From assembly GCA_037440325.1 (NCBI GenBank), contig JBBIUG010000002.1, positions 1 to 34,932 of the forward strand: a DNA stretch of 34,932 bases, in the 5' to 3' direction. Below the pieces are notes generated by a model. The model did not search any database. It was given only the letters and a program-made list of their open reading frames with translations, and had not been told where the DNA came from. The DNA comes from Candidatus Nomurabacteria bacterium. Its GTDB lineage: Bacteria; Patescibacteriota; Minisyncoccia; Phycocordibacterales; UBA9973. Both the position numbers and the translations under genes were made by a program. Positions 1-8,166 of this stretch are shown one piece after another (within the stretch, counting starts at the first letter, position 1; the number at the start of each line of letters is the position of its first letter).

Positions 1-28
1 CTAAAAGCAGACATTGAAAAGTCAAAAG

Positions 29-961
29 CTATCTTTCTGACAAACCTAATTGGTCGAGTGGCTTGACTCCCCTTTCTGAATCCAGAATACGCATTACTAC
101 TTTTTCTCCATAGTATGCTGGCATAGTAGAAACACGAAAATCTATCTTGCGTCCATCAATGTTTGCACTGAAAGATCCATCTTGCGGCTTGCGTTTTTCG
201 TCTAGACGTAATTTCGCCAAGATTTTTACACGCGCGATAATCCCACCATAAACATTCGGTGGCAACACTATTGTCGTATGCAACACTCCATCTACTCGAA
301 AACGTACTTTCACCTTTTCCCCGGTAAACTCGATATGAATATCCGAAGCATTTCCTTCGATCGCGTTACGCAAGATGACGGCGACGATTTTTATTACCGG
401 CGCATCTTCTACAATCTTTGTTTCTTCTCCTTTTTTTATGCCTTCAATTTCTTTACTTAGATTTTTCTCATTGATACCCTTTGCGTCTGTTTCATCCTTA
501 TTTAATTCATCCAGAGCTTCTTCCACCTGAATTCCCAAACCCTTGTAGGCTCCCATGACACTTTCGTATCCGCTTTTGGAAATAAGAAAAATTTTGAAAG
601 GAACACCTATTTTGGTAGAGATGAACTGCAGCGCGTCCATCGCCTGCATATTTTCCGGGTCCATCACTCCCACTTCAAGCACATTGTCCACTAGTTCAAT
701 CGGAACAAAATGGTAGTGGGCCGCAGAGTCTTCCGAGATATATCGAAGAGTATTAAAAGATATTTTTTCTGGGATCACTTGCTTGACCGGAATACCCAAA
801 TATTCTCCCTTCACTGTAAGAATTTTTTCTTCCGGAACACCAAATTTCAAAAGGGTTTCTGTAATATCACCGTTGAATTCCTCATTAGCACGGTTTTTTA
901 TTTCGCCTATTTGGCTATCTTTGATTATTCCTTTTTGGGCTAGTTCTTCTAAAAAACTCAT
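29..961 (-). CDS. pilB: PilB/GspE-family pilus/secretion assembly ATPase, N-terminal 310 aa only; frame closed by TAG at 29-31 before any Walker A box
   Basis: N-terminal GspE_N-like region. The C-terminal ...VVMRILDSERGVKPLDQLGLSER resembles the segment that precedes GPTGSGKT in PilB/GspE. It is the last gene of the pilM-N-O operon (2-nt gap). No P-loop lies inside the ORF. Confidence 0.7.
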   Translation of the reverse strand: MSFLEELAQKGIIKDSQIGEIKNRANEEFNGDITETLLKFGVPEEKILTVKGEYLGIPVKQVIPEKISFNTLRYISEDSAAHYHFVPIELVDNVLEVGVMDPENMQAMDALQFISTKIGVPFKIFLISKSGYESVMGAYKGLGIQVEEALDELNKDETDAKGINEKNLSKEIEGIKKGEETKIVEDAPVIKIVAVILRNAIEGNASDIHIEFTGEKVKVRFRVDGVLHTTIVLPPNVYGGIIARVKILAKLRLDEKRKPQDGSFSANIDGRKIDFRVSTMPAYYGEKVVMRILDSERGVKPLDQLGLSER

Positions 962-963
962 AA

Positions 964-1410
964 TTAATTAGTGGCGGGATTAACACAGGTATTCGTCGAA
1001 GTATTCAAAACTTGAGGAGGAGTACATACAGGAGCCGCTGGTGGAGGAGTCACGACGGCGTCATTTCCAAATTGAGCAAATGGGTTTGGCCTTCCTTGAG
1101 TACCGTCTTGGACAAGAACAATGCTTGAGTCATGTAAACTAATAAAACTTGGATCAGAAAAGATGGTGTCATCCAATTTTATTCTTTTTACACTCAACAA
1201 TAAGGCCAAAAAGTCTTCCGTCGCTGCATTGGCATTGGACGTATCCACGCTAACAGGAAGCGAGCCATCTATGTTCGGTAATGTTGTGTTGTTTGATGTT
1301 GATACTAAGTTCGGCTCCGCTGGAGAAGGTTTAATAAAAAAAATGTATATCAAAATGAAAACTACCGCAATTGTTGTAAATATTAAGATGTTTTTAATTT
1401 TGGGAGTCAT
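964..1410 (-). CDS. Membrane-anchored pilus-operon protein, possibly PilP-like
   Basis: Single N-terminal TM helix, an RPNPF motif (PilP proteins carry an RxPF-type motif), and a Pro-rich C-terminus with a Cys pair. Gaps of 1-2 nt to both neighbours. Confidence 0.45.
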   Translation of the reverse strand: MTPKIKNILIFTTIAVVFILIYIFFIKPSPAEPNLVSTSNNTTLPNIDGSLPVSVDTSNANAATEDFLALLLSVKRIKLDDTIFSDPSFISLHDSSIVLVQDGTQGRPNPFAQFGNDAVVTPPPAAPVCTPPQVLNTSTNTCVNPATN

Positions 1411-1411
1411 T

Positions 1412-2023
1412 TTAATTTTTTAGCCAATAAGTTTTAATTTTAAAATCATATGAGTAGATTTCCGGAGAATTTGTTTTTGCGCCAAGTCCAGTAGTTCCGG
1501 TCACGGCAAGGTTGTTGGAAGAAAACGTAATAGAGGATATATCTACCATTCTAAGATTGCTTTCTAGGGTTTTGGTGAAGTTAATGAAATTATCGTAGGT
1601 TCCCGATGTAGAAAACTCCAAATCAAAAGTTCCGTAATCTTTCGGTTCCGCGAGAGCCCCTCCCCCTTGTACGACTGTTCCGGTGTTTCCAGTGGTGTCT
1701 TTGTTAACATTATATTTTATATCTTTTAGAGTCATGCCAAAGGGTCTAGCCATTTCTTCTATCTCAAGAATTAAACGAATGTTATCAACATTTTGTGGTA
1801 AGAATTTTTCAATTTTATCCAAATTTTCAACACTGATAGCGTTCGCTTTTGCCACCAACTTGTCGCGCTCGCTCTCTAGCGCTTTTGAATTGTCAAGCGC
1901 CGTATTATAAGAAGCAGCCTGAGCTTTCAGTGCAGTTATCTCATTGTAAATAGGATTGGTAAGTACAAAAAAGACACTGATCGAAATTAATATTAAAATA
2001 ACTGGCATTACAAATCTCATCAT
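1412..2023 (-). CDS. pilO: PilO-like type IV pilus assembly protein
   Basis: N-terminal TM helix, then a coiled-coil (ITALKAQAASYNTALDNSKALESERDKL), then a globular domain. Start moved to ATG 2023 because the longer ORF overlaps the pilN stop at 2028-2030. Confidence 0.6.
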   Translation of the reverse strand: MMRFVMPVILILISISVFFVLTNPIYNEITALKAQAASYNTALDNSKALESERDKLVAKANAISVENLDKIEKFLPQNVDNIRLILEIEEMARPFGMTLKDIKYNVNKDTTGNTGTVVQGGGALAEPKDYGTFDLEFSTSGTYDNFINFTKTLESNLRMVDISSITFSSNNLAVTGTTGLGAKTNSPEIYSYDFKIKTYWLKN

Positions 2024-2027
2024 AAAT

Positions 2028-2630
2028 TTAACTTTGGCTCTGGACTGAAAGTATTTGTTTATAATTAACAAAATTTGGATCGACCGAAAAATCTAAATCA
2101 AAAAGAACATTCCCGCTGTTATCCAGCGTCAGATTCGAAAAAACGGGATCGATAATATTTTTATTCTGCCCAAACAGATCAGACTGTAAGGCAACGGCAC
2201 GGTAGCCAATAGCCACACCAGATAGCTTGATATTTATTGTCGGGCTATTACCTGTCCCAATTTCATAACCAAATTTCGTGTAACGAACAGTCTTCATTGT
2301 TAACTGTTGTAAAACATCAAACACAGGAACAATGGTAATGTGTTTGGACAAAAGTTCGTTCGCGGCATAGAGTCTTTTTCCTAAAACTTGCAATTCGGTT
2401 ATTTTGGCTGGTTCAAAACGATTCTTCGCCTTGTTTAGGTTGTCCTGCAATCCTGCGATGTTTTTTGTTTGGACAACTTTATAAAAATAAAGTCCGCCAG
2501 TTGCTAGAAGAATCGTAAATAAAATAAACAACGAAATAATAATCCAAATACTAACCGACCGCGAAGCGGTAGCGGTTTCTTTTACAATTGGTTTTTTGGG
2601 TATAAACGATGTTTGAAAGTTTTGATCCAT
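2028..2630 (-). CDS. pilN: PilN-like type IV pilus assembly protein
   Basis: Short cytoplasmic N-terminus, one TM helix, a coiled-coil and a periplasmic-type domain. Lies between pilM and pilO. Confidence 0.55.
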   Translation of the reverse strand: MDQNFQTSFIPKKPIVKETATASRSVSIWIIISLFILFTILLATGGLYFYKVVQTKNIAGLQDNLNKAKNRFEPAKITELQVLGKRLYAANELLSKHITIVPVFDVLQQLTMKTVRYTKFGYEIGTGNSPTINIKLSGVAIGYRAVALQSDLFGQNKNIIDPVFSNLTLDNSGNVLFDLDFSVDPNFVNYKQILSVQSQS

Positions 2631-2724
2631 AATCCGCTATTTAATTATATTACAAAAACAACTTTTTATGAAGTAAATTGTGTATAACTTTATTCGCACG
2701 ACGGATGATTGTCTCTGATTAGTA

Positions 2725-3864
2725 TTATTGCAATTTTCTTAAGGCCAAACCGATGGCAACGGCGAATTCTGGACCCATCGTTAGGAGTACTTTCTCTAAA
2801 AATGCCGGCGCTTCCACCTTCGAGAAGGGTCGTCCTACCTCCACTTCAGCTTGAAAATTGTTCATAGCAACTTCTTTTAATCCCTTAAGGGAGGAACCGC
2901 CTCCGGTAAATATTATTTTGCTGACGGCTTGGTTGTATTTTTTCTCATATCCCATAAGTACGCTGTTCGTTTCTGAAAAAATATAGTCTACATGTACTCT
3001 GATAATGTCGGCCAAACTTTTTTCGCTTGGATTTTCAAAAAGTCCATAATCTTTTTTCATTTTCTCTGCCTCCGCAAAAGAAATATTCAAAGACTTGGAA
3101 ATAGAATTGGAAATGTCCGCTCCTCCCCTATCGATAGTGTGATAACTTTTTATCATTCCGAATTCTACGATTGAGAGTTTGGTACGGGCTGCACCGAAAT
3201 CTATGAGTAGGACTGGGGATAGTTCGTGTTCAAAATTTGCTCGAACAGAAGAGAACACTTCTATCTCAAGAAAGGATGCGCTCAAGTTGCATTGCGAAAC
3301 GATTGAGCGATATCTGGAGACTGCGTCATTTTGAGTCGCAACAACTAAAATGTTTGTCTTGTTCTCGGTCTTGGGAGATTGGCCCGCTCCTTCTGTGTCT
3401 AAATTCATTTCAACGAAAGATGGCTCCTTCTCCGGCAAAACAAAATAATCTATCGATACTTCGTTCATCGGAACAGGGATATATTTGCGAGCCTCTGTCG
3501 GCACAATCGTGGCCATATCAGACTCTTGAATGTTGGCTGGAAGATCAATCGAAAAAATCAAACTTGATTGGATAGGAATAGCTAAAGCAAGATCCGTACT
3601 GGTAGATCCTGATTGCTTCAACACTTCTTTGAGGGCTTCTACTGTTTTTTCAACTGGAAGATTTGTCACTCTTCCTGCTTCTGTATCGGCATATGGGCCA
3701 AGCGCGATTGCACCGTATGTTTCAAGCACTGCTTTTCCGCCCTTTTTTTTGATTTCCACCACCTTGATAGACGAAGACCCAATATCTACCCCGATAGCGC
3801 TATTGCCCTCTCCTCCTCCGATTTTACTAAGGCCCGAAAAGATATTTTTTAATAAATCATTCAT
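2725..3864 (-). CDS. pilM: PilM, actin-like ATPase-fold type IV pilus assembly protein
   Basis: GVDIGSSSIKVVEI phosphate-1 motif, LIDFGAARTKLSIV, and IIFTGGGSSLKGL, typical of the PilM/FtsA-like fold. First gene of the operon. Confidence 0.85.
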   Translation of the reverse strand: MNDLLKNIFSGLSKIGGGEGNSAIGVDIGSSSIKVVEIKKKGGKAVLETYGAIALGPYADTEAGRVTNLPVEKTVEALKEVLKQSGSTSTDLALAIPIQSSLIFSIDLPANIQESDMATIVPTEARKYIPVPMNEVSIDYFVLPEKEPSFVEMNLDTEGAGQSPKTENKTNILVVATQNDAVSRYRSIVSQCNLSASFLEIEVFSSVRANFEHELSPVLLIDFGAARTKLSIVEFGMIKSYHTIDRGGADISNSISKSLNISFAEAEKMKKDYGLFENPSEKSLADIIRVHVDYIFSETNSVLMGYEKKYNQAVSKIIFTGGGSSLKGLKEVAMNNFQAEVEVGRPFSKVEAPAFLEKVLLTMGPEFAVAIGLALRKLQ

Positions 3865-3970
3865 TTTGGTTTTTGGGGATTATGCTAAAATTATAACATA
3901 TACCTGTCCCGTTAGAAATACACATGATTTTAATAAACCAAAAAACATTTTTAATAAAATTTCTAATGGG

Positions 3971-4630
3971 ATGCGTTTTTTAAACACTATATTAGACATA
4001 TGTTTCCCTGCAAAATGTGTCTCGTGTAAAAAGTCCGGATCCGACTTATGTTTAGAATGCTTGAAAGAGGCTCGAGCAGCTGAACGCGAAAGCGCAAGGT
4101 GGATTTTCCCTCTATACGACTATCGAAACCCGATTATTAAAAAATCATTATGGTTGCTTAAATATAAGGGCAGAAAAGGACTAGCAAACGTTTTCGCAAA
4201 AATCGTCTACGAAAAAATTCTGGAAGAACTTTCGGAACTCAGCATAATGGAAAATTTTATTGATCCGATTTTAGTTCCTATTCCCCTCTCCTCTAAAAGA
4301 TACCGCGAACGTGGTTTCAATCAAGCTGAACTAATCTGCCGAGAAATAATAAAAATTACTCATTTACGCCATGGCGTAAATATGGAATTAGAAAAGAATG
4401 TCTTGATTAAACCAAAAGAAACAGAACATCAAGCGCTCATCCGAGAACGCAATGTAAGATTAAAAAATATTGTTGGCTCTTTCGCCGTAAAAAACAATGA
4501 AAGAATTGCGAATAGAAATATAATTTTGATAGACGACATCACCACGACTGGAGCTACCCTAAGCGAAGCAAAAAAGATTTTAAAACAATCCGGGGCACGG
4601 AAAGTAATTGCTTTTACTGTAGCTCATTAA
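3971..4630 (+). CDS. comF: ComF-family competence protein (phosphoribosyltransferase fold with N-terminal zinc finger)
   Basis: CFPAKCVSCKK...CLECL double CxxC motif and PRT motif IILIDDITTTGATL. Start set at ATG 3971; the upstream part of the 366-aa ORF is antisense to pilM. Confidence 0.85.
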   Translation: MRFLNTILDICFPAKCVSCKKSGSDLCLECLKEARAAERESARWIFPLYDYRNPIIKKSLWLLKYKGRKGLANVFAKIVYEKILEELSELSIMENFIDPILVPIPLSSKRYRERGFNQAELICREIIKITHLRHGVNMELEKNVLIKPKETEHQALIRERNVRLKNIVGSFAVKNNERIANRNIILIDDITTTGATLSEAKKILKQSGARKVIAFTVAH

Positions 4631-4650
4631 AAATATGCTAATATTCAAGC

Positions 4651-5217
4651 ATGACCATAGTTCAACTAATACTGACCTATAAATATTTAATCCTTATTCC
4701 CCTCGCTGTCGCAGAGGGGCCGATCGTGAGCGTAATCGCGGGTTTTTTGGTAACACTTGGAGTTTTTAATTTATTTGCTGTTTACATAATTATGGTCCTG
4801 GGGGATATTCTCGGGGACGCGATTTTTTACTATATAGGCTATTCGGGCAAAACCTTGTTTCATTATTATTTCAAAATGAATGAAGAAAAGATCGCGAAAG
4901 CAAAATTATATTTTGAAAAAAATCACAATAAAGCCATCGCCGGTTCCAAAATAATGTGGGGCATAGGAACAGCAGGGCTCATTGCCGCGGGGGTACTGCA
5001 CGTGCCGTATAAAAAATATTTTAAAACTTGCGCCATGTATTCTCTTGCTCAATCGTTTATCATGATGCTCCTTGGTGTCTTTTTTGGGCAAGCCTATGAA
5101 ATTATCGGAAAATACATCAACTACTACGCGTCGATAGTAAGCATTTTAGCGGTGGCGATAATTATATATTTGATTTTCATCAGAATATTTAAAGAGAACA
5201 AGGAAGAAAATTTATGA
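4651..5217 (+). CDS. DedA/VTT-domain membrane protein
   Basis: Multi-TM protein with a DedA-like GDILGDAIFYYIGY segment. Its stop overlaps the next start (ATGA at 5214-5217). Confidence 0.65.
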   Translation: MTIVQLILTYKYLILIPLAVAEGPIVSVIAGFLVTLGVFNLFAVYIIMVLGDILGDAIFYYIGYSGKTLFHYYFKMNEEKIAKAKLYFEKNHNKAIAGSKIMWGIGTAGLIAAGVLHVPYKKYFKTCAMYSLAQSFIMMLLGVFFGQAYEIIGKYINYYASIVSILAVAIIIYLIFIRIFKENKEENL

Positions 5218-6410
5218 CTCCCGGTCAGAGAAAAAAATTAAATATTGCCATGATTTGTGATCCGCTCGGAAGCAATAATTCAGGTTCAGTTTTTTCCACA
5301 ATTCGGTTTGGAAAGCTACTTAAAGAACGCGGGCATCATGTAATTTTCATCACCGCTAAAACAAAAGGAAATCCGGACGAAAGTCATAATCACGGAGTAA
5401 AAACTTTTCGCTATCGAGGCATTCCCCTGCCGAAAGGTGGTGGTTGGAAGTTAGCTCTTCCAACCGTAGGAGAATTAAAAAAAGTTTTTAAAGAGGAAAA
5501 AATTGATGTCGTACATATAACTTTGCCGATGTCTGGTGGAATAGCTGCGCTCCGCGCCGCCCGAGCCCTTGGCATAAAAATAGTTGCTCATTCACACTCT
5601 CAACCCGAAAATTTATTTATGGATTTACCGAAATTTATCCAACCCACGATGAACAACCTCTGGAACAAATACCTTGCTTGGATGTACAGCAAGGCTGAGT
5701 CTTTGATTTATCCTTCCGAATTTGCTCATAGTTTGCTGCATCAGTTGAGCGATAAAAACCAACCATATACAGTTGTGAGTAATGGCATTAGTTTAGAGCA
5801 TTTCCAACCAAGGGAAGTTGGCGACTTTCATGAAAGATTTAATATCCCGAAAGATAAAGTGAAATTGTTGTTCGTCGGACGAATATATCCAGAAAAATCT
5901 ATCGACACTTTAATAAAGGCTGTTCCACACATTGTAAAAAAACACCCACACGTTCATGTAATGATAGTCGGTGGCGGTTATTTAAGACCAAGACTAGAAA
6001 AGCTCGTAATTGATTTAAAAATGGAAAAACATATAACTTTTCTTGGATTGGTTAGTGAAGGGGATAAAATTCTTGCCTACAACGCAAGCGATATTTTTGT
6101 TTTACCTTCTCTGGCAGAACTTGAAGGAATGGTGGTGCTGGAAGCGATGGCCATCGGTAAACCTATCATCATTGCAGACGCAGAGATGAGTGCTTCTCGT
6201 TTCTTTGTGGACGGCAATGGATTTTTGTTCAAAAGCGAAGACCATCTTGATTTAGCTAGTCAGGCTTTGAAGTTGATTCAAGATGCTGATTTGCGCGCAA
6301 AAATGGGAGCTCTCAGCCTCGAAAAGGTTAAAAACTACGACATCAATAGAAGTATCGAACTCTTAGAAACCGTTTATTACTCGGCAATTGAGGGCAAAAA
6401 TAGGGGTTAA
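5214..6410 (+). CDS. GT-B fold glycosyltransferase, family 4 type
   Basis: Retaining GT4 hallmarks: FVGRIYPEKS and the E(x7)E region PSLAELEGMVVLEAMAIGKP. AAGGAAG SD upstream. Confidence 0.85.
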   Translation: MTPGQRKKLNIAMICDPLGSNNSGSVFSTIRFGKLLKERGHHVIFITAKTKGNPDESHNHGVKTFRYRGIPLPKGGGWKLALPTVGELKKVFKEEKIDVVHITLPMSGGIAALRAARALGIKIVAHSHSQPENLFMDLPKFIQPTMNNLWNKYLAWMYSKAESLIYPSEFAHSLLHQLSDKNQPYTVVSNGISLEHFQPREVGDFHERFNIPKDKVKLLFVGRIYPEKSIDTLIKAVPHIVKKHPHVHVMIVGGGYLRPRLEKLVIDLKMEKHITFLGLVSEGDKILAYNASDIFVLPSLAELEGMVVLEAMAIGKPIIIADAEMSASRFFVDGNGFLFKSEDHLDLASQALKLIQDADLRAKMGALSLEKVKNYDINRSIELLETVYYSAIEGKNRG

Positions 6411-6454
6411 ATTCATCGTTTATATTTGATTTTTTATTTGTTATACTTGACTGT

Positions 6455-7093
6455 ATGCAGACTTACAAAAGATACTTTTCAGATAAATATTTTCTTATCT
6501 CTTTTTTGGGTGGCGTCGTGCTTTTGGGAACAAGTTTGGTAGCTCAGTTTTTTGTGAGCGGTTATGTGAATAGCCTGCCCGACACTCCAGTTCCCGATCT
6601 CATTTTGAGCAATACAAGAGTTTACGATGTGGATTTAATTTTCGTTTATGGGTCCGTGTTGCTTTTGCTTGTCGGCATTTTTATCGGGGCAAAACACGTG
6701 AGGTGTGTCCCCTTCGCATTCAAAAGCGTTGCTCTTTTTACTTTAATCAGATCAGTTTTTGTGAGCATTACTCACATAAGTGCTTTTCCAACCCACGTAG
6801 TGATAAATTCTCCTTTTTTTAACAAGGAAGTCTTCAATGGAATTTTTACGGGAAATGATTTATTTTTTTCCGGACATACCGGATTACCATTCCTTCTCGC
6901 TTTAATGTTTTGGGAACACAAAACAGTCAGAACAATTTTCTTAGGATTTTCTATCCTCTTTGCAATTGTTGTACTTTTAGGACACATTCACTACTCCATA
7001 GATGTACTATCCGCTTATTTCATCACTTTTAGTATTTTTTATCTTTGCAAATTTTTGTTTAAAAGCGAGTGGAAGCTTTTCCAAAATAAATAA
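6455..7093 (+). CDS. Sphingomyelin-synthase-like / PAP2_C phosphotransferase membrane protein
   Basis: All four SMS-family motifs can be read: SLPD (D1), R-x6-T in LIRSVFVSIT (D2), D-x3-SGHT in NDLFFSGHTG (D3), and HYSIDVLSAYFITFSIF (D4, HYxxDVx3Yx6F). Confidence 0.7.
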   Translation: MQTYKRYFSDKYFLISFLGGVVLLGTSLVAQFFVSGYVNSLPDTPVPDLILSNTRVYDVDLIFVYGSVLLLLVGIFIGAKHVRCVPFAFKSVALFTLIRSVFVSITHISAFPTHVVINSPFFNKEVFNGIFTGNDLFFSGHTGLPFLLALMFWEHKTVRTIFLGFSILFAIVVLLGHIHYSIDVLSAYFITFSIFYLCKFLFKSEWKLFQNK

Positions 7094-7098
7094 AAGAT

Positions 7099-7188
7099 TG
7101 GCGGAGAGAGAGGGATTCGAACCCTCGGTCCTTTTTGGGGGACGACAGTTTAGTAAACTGTTGGTTTAAACCACTCACCCATCTCTCC
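7099..7188 (-). tRNA. Type-II (long variable arm) tRNA-Ser-like gene with anticodon ACU; CCA encoded
   Basis: Reverse complement folds as GGAGAGA-TG-GGT-GAGTGGTTTAA-ACC-A-ACAGT-TTACTAA-ACTGT-CGTCCCCCAAAAAGGACC-GAGGG-TTCGAAT-CCCTC-TCTCTCC-G-CCA. All stems are Watson-Crick and the discriminator is G73. Confidence 0.75.
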
Positions 7189-7304
7189 GTAAATTCGCTC
7201 CGCTCAAACGGAGCCGCTACTGCGAATCGATGGGTTCGTGGTCGGCACTTTGTGCCGGCTTGGAGGCAAGCAGTTGCCTCCTCGCCCATCTCACCCATCT
7301 CTCC
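7189..7304 (-). other. GC-rich structured leader upstream of the ACU tRNA; it starts with a 15-nt copy of the tRNA 5' end
   Basis: GGAGAGATGGGTGAG occurs at 7304-7290 and again as the tRNA 5' end (7188-7174). Between the copies lie an 8-bp hairpin GGAGGCAA-CTGC-TTGCCTCC, the hairpin CGGCAC-AAA-GTGCCG, and ATTCGC...GCGAAT enclosing GCTCCG-TTTGAG-CGGAGC. Confidence 0.35.
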
Positions 7305-7386
7305 AAAAGTTAGAACTAGTATAGCAGAAATAATGGAAAAAACGCAGTAATATGCTAGAGTAATAAAGTTATCAGATAATGCAAAA

Positions 7387-7475
7387 GGAGCCGTGTCAGA
7401 GTGGTCTAACGTACCTCTTTGCTAAAGAGGCAGGGGCTTCAAAACCCCTCGACGGTTCGAATCCGTCCGGCTCCG
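7387..7475 (+). tRNA. tRNA-Ser(GCU), type II
   Basis: Acceptor GGAGCCG/CGGCTCC, anticodon arm CCTCT-TTGCTAA-AGAGG, long variable arm AGGGG...CCCCT, T arm GACGG-TTCGAAT-CCGTC, G73. The D stem (TCA/CGT) pairs poorly in my fold. Confidence 0.8.
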
Positions 7476-7489
7476 CATTTTATTAAAAC

Positions 7490-7846
7490 TTAGGCTCTCT
7501 TTTTTGCTGTATGGACGGCTTTCTTAACCACCCTTTTTGCGCCACTCCATTCGCTTTTTACTTTTGCTGCTAGAGCTTTGACGTCTTTTTCATGCAATTT
7601 ATACTGCTTTGCGTAATTCTTTGAAATAGCATCCACTGTTTTATGATACAAAGGCACGGTCACTGCTTTGGCTTTCTTCACTTCTTTTTCTACTTCTTTT
7701 TTTACTTTTGCTACGATAACCTTCGCTTTTTTCTGATGCGCTTTTGAGTTCGGTCCTAAAAAATAATACATACCCGCTCCGACGACGGCCAATCCTACCC
7801 CAGCAGCGACTTTTTTTCCAACTCCACTTTTTTTGTTTTTTTGCAT
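7490..7846 (-). CDS. Lys-rich small membrane-anchored protein, unknown function
   Basis: ATG start. One Gly/Ala-rich TM segment (AAGVGLAVVGAGMYYFLGP) followed by Lys-rich helices. Confidence 0.5.
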   Translation of the reverse strand: MQKNKKSGVGKKVAAGVGLAVVGAGMYYFLGPNSKAHQKKAKVIVAKVKKEVEKEVKKAKAVTVPLYHKTVDAISKNYAKQYKLHEKDVKALAAKVKSEWSGAKRVVKKAVHTAKKRA

Positions 7847-7874
7847 AATTTTATTTATTTAATAATGATAATGA

Positions 7875-8129
7875 TTATTGATTCTTGCGACTCTTCTTCT
7901 TTTTTCCAAAAAGAAAACTAAAAATTTTGTTTTCTTTTATTTCTTCGATTATCTCTTTAGTCGTTTCTCCAAGATCGTTTATATCTTTTTCTGCTTTTTC
8001 TAAAATTCTAGAGAGGGTGCTCGTGGCGCGAATGAGATAAAACAGAAATATTGCCGTAAAAATCCACAACACGACAAAACCCACCGAGGAGATAAAAAAG
8101 AAAATTTGCGTTTGTATTTGTGTATCCAT
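7875..8129 (-). CDS. Small membrane protein, DUF948-like (TM helix plus coiled-coil)
   Basis: One N-terminal TM helix, then LSRILEKAEKDINDLGETTKEIIEEIKE. Confidence 0.45.
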   Translation of the reverse strand: MDTQIQTQIFFFISSVGFVVLWIFTAIFLFYLIRATSTLSRILEKAEKDINDLGETTKEIIEEIKENKIFSFLFGKKKKSRKNQ

Positions 8130-8166
8130 AAATGTATTATATTCTCTTTAGTTATATAATTCAAAC

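Noticed and set aside
3530-3970. 5' part of the 366-aa ORF that would extend comF upstream
   Set aside because: It runs antisense through pilM and is low-complexity (Pro/Ser/Ile-rich). ComF homology, including the double CxxC, begins at the ATG at 3971.
7189-7304. A second complete tRNA gene, or a tRNA intron, upstream of tRNA-Ser(ACU)
   Set aside because: The segment has tRNA-like 5' acceptor/D sequence and arm-like hairpins but no T arm and no 3' acceptor strand. The downstream tRNA is complete on its own, so no splicing is needed.
7059-7350. 79-aa (-) and 71-aa (+) ORFs
   Set aside because: They lie across the tRNA-Ser(ACU) gene and its GC-rich structured leader. They have no SD and are open only because the GC-rich sequence is poor in stops.
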